A stretch of 64,000 nucleotides of DNA from Candidatus Bathyarchaeota archaeon (GTDB taxonomy: Archaea > Thermoproteota > Bathyarchaeia > Bathyarchaeales > Bathycorpusculaceae), in contig OY970280.1 of NCBI GenBank assembly GCA_963715865.1, positions 1,120,001 through 1,184,000 of the forward strand, given 5' to 3'. Under the pieces are notes generated by a model. It saw nothing but the letters and a program-made list of their open reading frames with translations. It was not told where the DNA came from and ran no database searches. The position numbers and the translations under genes were made by a program. Positions 58,451 through 64,000 of this stretch are shown one piece after another (position 1 is the first letter of the stretch; each line of letters opens with the position of its first letter).

Positions 58451-58864
58451 TTATCCTTCTCGGCTAACGGTTTTTTCTGCAAGCCACTCGATGAGCTGCC
58501 TTGGATTATCAGTTTCAATCGTTACTCGTATGGGACCTAGTGGTGATTCCGCTGTTTCCTCAGAAAAGGAAATGTGCCCTGCAAACGCTACTTGCTTGTT
58601 TAAGCAAAAACTAATAGTATTTCCTCTTGTGCTATGAAACAGTGCTTTTCTGGCAGCATCACGAATTCTATCATTGCGCAGTAAATTGCGAAGTTTAACA
58701 AGAGAATCCTGCCCCTTTGCATCAGCGTTCAATATGCTTCCCTTATGGGCGGGCTTGATTGTTATGGAAGCGTTGCCTAAAACATTAGTTACTGCCGTTT
58801 TTACCTTATCCTCGCTTTCCGTTGGGTTAATTTCAGCTTCAACGTGAACAGTTACTTCATCCAT
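58451..58864 (-). CDS. UPF0201/DUF54 RNA-binding family protein
   Basis: EINPTESEDKV, RIRDAAR and LNKQVAFAG...PLGPI motifs. Confidence 0.88.
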   Translation of the reverse strand: MDEVTVHVEAEINPTESEDKVKTAVTNVLGNASITIKPAHKGSILNADAKGQDSLVKLRNLLRNDRIRDAARKALFHSTRGNTISFCLNKQVAFAGHISFSEETAESPLGPIRVTIETDNPRQLIEWLAEKTVSREG

Positions 58865-59418
58865 TTTTCCTCAATCCTCTGCAAAGTCTCCAAAACTTTA
58901 GCTTTAACCTGCTCCATACTGTTATCGTTCACTATTATCTGCTCAGCCATCGCTATAACATTTCCCACGCCAACGCTAAGCTCACGCATATCCCGGTCAT
59001 GGAAAACTTCCCATACGGTTGGATCATCGCTTCTGCGTCGATTGAAAAGGCGTTTAAACCTTGTTTCGGGAGAAGCATGCACAGCTACAAGGGTAAACTT
59101 GGCAAAATGTATTTTGAAAGCATCAGCTTCAAACGGGCTTCTTAAACCATCAACAAGAACTTTAGTGCTATTTTGTTGTTCTATTTTGGGAATGCATTTC
59201 TGAGCGATTATGCTGTTTCCGCCCGCTTCTCGTAATTGAAGCATGACTTTTCCTACGTTCTGTGGAGTTAATTCTAAGCCGCGCTTTGCTGTTTCCTCTC
59301 TAATCACGTCGCCCATACCTACAATGGCGTAACCTAGTTCCTGTGCAGTTTCAACAACCAAGGATTTGCCTGACCCAGGCATTCCTGCTAAACCAACAAC
59401 TATCTTGTCAGCGTTCAT
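58852..59418 (-). CDS. UPF0200 nucleoside-monophosphate/dephospho-CoA kinase-like P-loop protein
   Basis: GMPGSGKS, MGDVIREE, DGLRS and RDMRELSVG motifs. Confidence 0.88.
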   Translation of the reverse strand: MNADKIVVGLAGMPGSGKSLVVETAQELGYAIVGMGDVIREETAKRGLELTPQNVGKVMLQLREAGGNSIIAQKCIPKIEQQNSTKVLVDGLRSPFEADAFKIHFAKFTLVAVHASPETRFKRLFNRRRSDDPTVWEVFHDRDMRELSVGVGNVIAMAEQIIVNDNSMEQVKAKVLETLQRIEEKWMK

Positions 59419-59510
59419 GACTTACCCTTTTATGGTTCATATTAGCAAGCGTTTCCATTAAAAAGCATTTATGAAAGATAATTGTTAAAACTATTCTGAA
59501 GGAACCTAAA

Positions 59511-60077
59511 ATGTCAGAGTCGATAAGAAGCTTCATTGCCTTCGACTTGGAAAACGAGCAGGTACTAAACAGGCTCTCAGCAGTGCAGAAACTTTTGGTT
59601 GAAACAGGCGCAGACCTCAAAATTGTACAGCCGCAAAACATCCACATAACCCTCCGTTTTCTCGGCGACATAAGCCCCATTATGGTAGAGAAAGTGTTTG
59701 AAGCGATGAAGAAAGTTCAGTTTACTCCTTTCAACATTCAAATTCGCGGTCTAGGAGTTTTTCCCAGCCTGAATTATCCGAGAGTTGTTTGGGCTGGAAT
59801 GACCGATGGTGTAGAACAACTCAAAAGCATTTTCAGCCAGCTAGAACCTCAGATACGTGCGTTAGGATTTGAGTCAGATGCTTACGGTTTCAGCCCACAT
59901 TTAACCATTGCACGTGTAAGATCCGGCGCAAATAAACAGCGCCTAGCTGAATTGGTAACAAAAAAAGCCGATTACGATTTTGGCTCAATTAAAGCCGACT
60001 GCCTGCGGCTTAAAAAAAGCCAACTGTCACCTAAAGGTCCAACTTACTCAACGCTTAAAGAATTCTGCCCAATATAG
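59511..60077 (+). CDS. thpR: RNA 2',3'-cyclic phosphodiesterase (2H family)
   Basis: RSFIA start and two HxT motifs (HITLRFLG, PHLTIAR). Confidence 0.93.
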   Translation: MSESIRSFIAFDLENEQVLNRLSAVQKLLVETGADLKIVQPQNIHITLRFLGDISPIMVEKVFEAMKKVQFTPFNIQIRGLGVFPSLNYPRVVWAGMTDGVEQLKSIFSQLEPQIRALGFESDAYGFSPHLTIARVRSGANKQRLAELVTKKADYDFGSIKADCLRLKKSQLSPKGPTYSTLKEFCPI

Positions 60078-60085
60078 TAACAAGA

Positions 60086-61516
60086 ATGATAGCTATGCAA
60101 GAAATAGATGTATTAACCAAACAAGTGCTGGAAAAAATTTCTCCAAAGAAAGAAGACTACGCAAAAGTCGATGCGTTAACCTGCGAGTTAGAGAAGAAAA
60201 TAACGTTAGCATGCCAGGAACAAGGCGTACCAGCAATTGTACGGGTTGAAGGCTCAGTTGCAAAGGACACATGGCTTAGGGAAAACCCTGATATTGACAT
60301 TTTCATGCGTTTACCAACGTCGATACCGAGAAAAAATCTTGGTGATATAGGCTTAAAAATAGCTAAAAAAGCAGCTGGCGCCTATGAGCAGATTGAACGT
60401 TTCGCTGAGCATCCTTACCTTGAAATTTTCGTTGAAGGTTACCGAGTGGATATTGTTCCTTGTTATGATGCTAAGCCTGGTGAATGGCAAAGCGCCACTG
60501 ACCGGACACCCTACCACACAGACTACATAAAAAAACGTTTAAGCAAGGACTTGCGTGGAGAGGTTCGGCTTCTTAAAAAATTCATGCAGGGCATAGGCGT
60601 TTATGGTGCGGAAATAAAAGTTGGCGGATTCAGCGGTTACCTATGCGAACTATTGATAATGAAATACTGCTCGTTCGCTGAAACAGTACGAGCTTTTGCA
60701 CAGTACAATCAACGAGTAGTAATAGACATCGAAAACTATTACGCAAACAGGGAAAACGAGCTTTCCCTGCTCTTTCCTGAACCTTTAGTGATTGTTGACC
60801 CTGTGGATAAGGGAAGAAACGTGGCTTCAGCTGTGCAACCACAAAAACTTTACAGTTTTGTTGGCGCAGCCAGAGCCTTTCTAAAAAAGCCAGATGCAGC
60901 CTTCTTTTATCCGCCTAAACCTCAAGCTTTACCAGTTGCTTCCTTGAAAAGTCAGCTTGAGAATCGCGGCTCGTCCATTGTATTTCTGGTTATAGATCAG
61001 TTAGACGCAGTTCCAGATGTTTTATGGGGGCAACTCTACAGAACAAAGCGTTCATTACATAAACTAATAGCGTTAAACGATTACAAAGTCCTCAAAGACG
61101 CAGTTTGGAGCAACGAAAAAAACCTCAGCATCTTCATATTTGAGCTTGAACAGCAAGTTTTGCCAAACATCAAAAAGCACCTTGGCCCACCGCTTGAGCG
61201 AGAAGTTGAAAGCGAGAATTTCTTAGCTAAATACGCTAATAATAAAAGCGTAATTTCTGGACCTTACATTGAAGATGGTCGCTGGATTGTTGAGGTGCCA
61301 CGCAAAACAACAGATGCAGTTGCGCTCTTAAAAGAGAAGCTTGCGGATGGAGGCAAAAATGCTGGTGTCGCTGAACTGATTGCGAAATCAATCCATAAAA
61401 ACCTCACGGTTCTGGTTAAGGACGAGATAGCTGCAGTGTATAAAGAAAATCATGATTTCGCTGAGTTCTTAACGGATTTTCTCTCTGGCAAACCCTTTTG
61501 GCTAAAAGTGGAATAA
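60086..61516 (+). CDS. cca: CCA-adding enzyme (archaeal class I)
   Basis: EGSVAKDTWL...DIDIF, AEHPY, VDIVPC, DRTPYH and GFSGYLCEL motifs. Confidence 0.96.
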   Translation: MIAMQEIDVLTKQVLEKISPKKEDYAKVDALTCELEKKITLACQEQGVPAIVRVEGSVAKDTWLRENPDIDIFMRLPTSIPRKNLGDIGLKIAKKAAGAYEQIERFAEHPYLEIFVEGYRVDIVPCYDAKPGEWQSATDRTPYHTDYIKKRLSKDLRGEVRLLKKFMQGIGVYGAEIKVGGFSGYLCELLIMKYCSFAETVRAFAQYNQRVVIDIENYYANRENELSLLFPEPLVIVDPVDKGRNVASAVQPQKLYSFVGAARAFLKKPDAAFFYPPKPQALPVASLKSQLENRGSSIVFLVIDQLDAVPDVLWGQLYRTKRSLHKLIALNDYKVLKDAVWSNEKNLSIFIFELEQQVLPNIKKHLGPPLEREVESENFLAKYANNKSVISGPYIEDGRWIVEVPRKTTDAVALLKEKLADGGKNAGVAELIAKSIHKNLTVLVKDEIAAVYKENHDFAEFLTDFLSGKPFWLKVE

Positions 61517-61781
61517 TGCCTTGCATTATCCGCTTAGTAGTGTTTCTTTGCATCTTTTTCTTTTGAATTACTTAACAAAAGATAGTGAGGGGAGGGAGGG
61601 TCAATTTTGTTTGTGAATTTGTCTATCAAAATTGAGGCAAGTAGGGTACTTTTTTCCTAGTGAAAATAGGTCTAAAAAGTAGGTAGGGTAGGCGCATTTT
61701 GTTTGGGCATTTGAGTAACAAAATAAGGGGAGAGGTAGGGGGTCCGCCAGCTTCTCAAAGAAGCCTTTGTATGATATTTTT

Positions 61782-62942
61782 TTATTGCGTTACGGAGTGG
61801 TACCAGCTGATTATGTATTCAGGAAGGTTCAGTCCTCTTTCTCTAAGGCGTTCAGCCAATTTAACTGGCAATGGACTTAAAACGTAAGCCGCTCTAGTAT
61901 AGAAGCGTCGCGGCGTGCTTGGTTTCACTTCTTCCGGCAGGATGAGTTTTAGGTCTGCTTTTTTTGCTAGGGTTGAGTCTTTTACGCCTGTAATTGCAAA
62001 TACTGTTCCAGCGAACTTTTTGATTACATCAGCCCAGATGATGACGGGTCTCGTTTCGCCTGAGAATGATAATAGGATTTCGAGGTCTCCTGCTCTCGGG
62101 TGAGGAGTGTTAACGCCTCTTGTTATGTAGACATTGTCGCCTAGGAAACTTTTGATGTGGAAGAGTCTTACGCCAGTCATTTTGGCGATTTCGTTAGCGG
62201 TGCCTTTTCCGCCTAAGAACACGTTTGTCCGTTTTTCGAGCAAATCGACGAGTTGTGTGTATGTTTCAGAGTTAACGTTAGAGTCTATCATGTCGCCGAT
62301 CTTTTCGAATTCTTCAACGCAAAGCCGAAACACATCGTCAACCTCAAGGTTTCGGAAGATAGCTTCAATCATACTGTTTAACAGTTCAAGAGTGCCTAAC
62401 TCGAATATGTCGCCCATCATGCCTGTTTCACTATACTCAAAGGATGGCTTGGATTTGCCGCGTCCTTTAAGCTGGACCACTTGACCATGCTTGCTTACTA
62501 TCTCCGCTAAAGGTGACCCATAAGCTGATGTTAAAAGACCCATTGAGAACTTGTTTGTTTTCTTTTCTTCGATATATTTGACTAGGTCCTGCGCCATAAC
62601 TAATGGGTCATCAGAATAACCGCTACCAGAATTTATCAAAAGCAAGGTTTTCTTGTAACGCCTTTCAAGGTCGGCTGCAGCATCATACATGCTTTTGCCC
62701 GGAAACCCCGGGTCATCAGGAGTTAAGACAACTTTGTTTCTCCAGCCAGCTTGGCTGAGGGCAATTTGACTCATGGCAGCGTTTAACGAATAAAGGGATC
62801 TGCCTGACCCTCCGCAGATAACGCAGTCAGCCGCTTTTAACTCATCGTATAATTGTGCGAGTTCTTTTCGTTTGATGCTTAGAATGTTTTCTTGGATTTT
62901 GTTGACGTATCCTATACTGCTGATTTTGCTTTTGATAGCAAC
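61782..62942 (-). CDS. Tandem SIS-domain protein (6-phospho-3-hexuloisomerase-like); 5' end extends beyond the annotated ATG
   Basis: The frame is open 56 codons upstream of ATG 62774 and includes GGSGRS. SIS motifs INSGSG and SFSGET each occur once per domain. Confidence 0.8.
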   Translation of the reverse strand, partial: VAIKSKISSIGYVNKIQENILSIKRKELAQLYDELKAADCVICGGSGRSLYSLNAAMSQIALSQAGWRNKVVLTPDDPGFPGKSMYDAAADLERRYKKTLLLINSGSGYSDDPLVMAQDLVKYIEEKKTNKFSMGLLTSAYGSPLAEIVSKHGQVVQLKGRGKSKPSFEYSETGMMGDIFELGTLELLNSMIEAIFRNLEVDDVFRLCVEEFEKIGDMIDSNVNSETYTQLVDLLEKRTNVFLGGKGTANEIAKMTGVRLFHIKSFLGDNVYITRGVNTPHPRAGDLEILLSFSGETRPVIIWADVIKKFAGTVFAITGVKDSTLAKKADLKLILPEEVKPSTPRRFYTRAAYVLSPLPVKLAERLRERGLNLPEYIISWYHSVTQ

Positions 62943-63126
62943 GGCACCTCAGTTCAAACATGATTTAATGAATCTCTATATTATCCTTGTGCTTGCTAGT
63001 TTAAAATGTTGTCAACTATTCCATTACTGCTTAGCACTGAACGCTTTTTAACAAAAATTTCTCAACATATTTGCTAAATGTTTATATCAAAAGAAACCAT
63101 CACGCAAGCAGAACAGTGAGAAATAA

Positions 63127-63763
63127 ATGTCAACTCAAACAGGCGCAGAGAAATTTGAGTTCCTAGCCAAGTTAGCTTTGGATAATGGTGCTGCCGACGC
63201 CAAAATCATCCCTGCAGAACAAAGTAGTCGTTGAAGACCGAGTCGTGCTCAAGTGCAAGGTAGGCTGCACCCATTATGGAAAAACGTTGGCTTGTCCACC
63301 GTACACGCCCTCAGCTGAGGAATTTAGAAAAATCGTTAGCGAGTACAGTTACGCTTTGTTTATGAAGTTTAAGTCGAAGGCAGAAGCCGACCCTGAAGTG
63401 TTAAAGAAGCTTATGGTGGCTGAAACCGACCCGTCCGTTCCGAAAGAAGTTAAGGAGAAAGCGGCAAAGTTTTGGGCAGACTGGAAAGATGACAAGCGAA
63501 AAATGCTTCAAAGCGTGGTTGATTTGGAGAAGGCAGCGATGAGCAAAGGCTACTCCCTAGCAATAGCGTTTGTTTCTGGGCATTGCCAACTCTGCGAAAA
63601 ATGCAACACAGAAACGCGGATTTGCGTGCATCCAAATTTGGCGCGTTGGTCTGAAGATGCCGTTGGAGTGAACGTGAGAAAAACTGCTAATAACGCTGGT
63701 ATTCAGGTTAGTTTTCCGTTTGCGAAGAATCCTGAGTCTTTCGCTTTGCTCCTCATAGATTAA
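63127..63763 (+). CDS. DUF2284 metal-binding protein, frameshifted (one extra base at about 63218-63220)
   Basis: MSTQ...AKIIPA in one frame joins KVVVEDRV.LKC..GC..YG..LACPP...GHCQLCEKC in the next. Span is 3n+1. Confidence 0.85.
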
Positions 63764-63826
63764 GACGCTTGTGCCTAAAGGGAAAGTCTAAATAACTTAA
63801 ACAGTAAAAATGAAAACGGAAGTTCC

Positions 63827-64000
63827 ATGAAGATTCTGTTAGACGAAATGTACGCTGGCTTAAAAGAATATTTTGAAACCTTGGGTTACGAAGTGTTAAC
63901 TGCGCAGGAAGCAGGTTTAAAGAGCGCTAAAGACCGAGACATTGTGGATTACGCGGGCAAGCATAACTTGATTCTTGTAACTCAGGATCAAAAGCCTGCT
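63827..64000 (+). CDS. DUF5615/Mut7-C PIN-like protein (partial, runs off the window)
   Basis: MKILLDEMYAGLKEYFETLGYEV...DRDIVDYA...LILVTQD. Confidence 0.8.
   Translation, partial: MKILLDEMYAGLKEYFETLGYEVLTAQEAGLKSAKDRDIVDYAGKHNLILVTQDQKPA

Noticed and set aside
61580-61745. Purine/G-rich tracts between cca and the SIS gene as a G-quadruplex or repeat element
   Set aside because: The runs are irregular and widely spaced, and more simply explained as a convergent terminator region.
62949-62951. TGA read-through (selenocysteine) upstream of the SIS gene
   Set aside because: The TGA precedes the homologous region, is not at a Cys-equivalent position, and no SECIS-like element is evident.

Overview
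Archaeal chromosomal segment, most likely Bathyarchaeia (TACK). This is inferred from eL13/eL15, archaeal RNase P subunits, archaeosine TGT, class I CCA enzyme and paralogous secreted PQQ-like beta-propeller proteins. The housekeeping backbone includes the porCDAB operon, eL15-eL13...Rpp30-Pop5, tgtA, glmM-glmU, class II HMG-CoA reductase, thpR-cca and tRNA-Asn(GTT). It also carries a type IV pilus-like locus (ATPase, TadC-like protein, five pilin-like/adhesin genes, prepilin peptidase). The clearest unannotated structure is a 1,191-bp transposase-less element at 26735-27925. It has terminal inverted repeats and a perfect 9-bp target-site duplication, and carries a DUF5678-like gene plus a retropepsin-like aspartic protease gene. 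Other notable signals are a putative integrase 3' remnant upstream of por, a structured 5' leader upstream of eL15, a domain nested inside a copy of itself in the 1.26-kaa pilus adhesin, leaderless pilin-like genes, a collagen-like membrane protein and an AT-rich two-gene island with a repeated upstream motif. At least five genes are split by a single extra base, most plausibly assembly indels. Family assignments come from motif recognition only; no searches were run.
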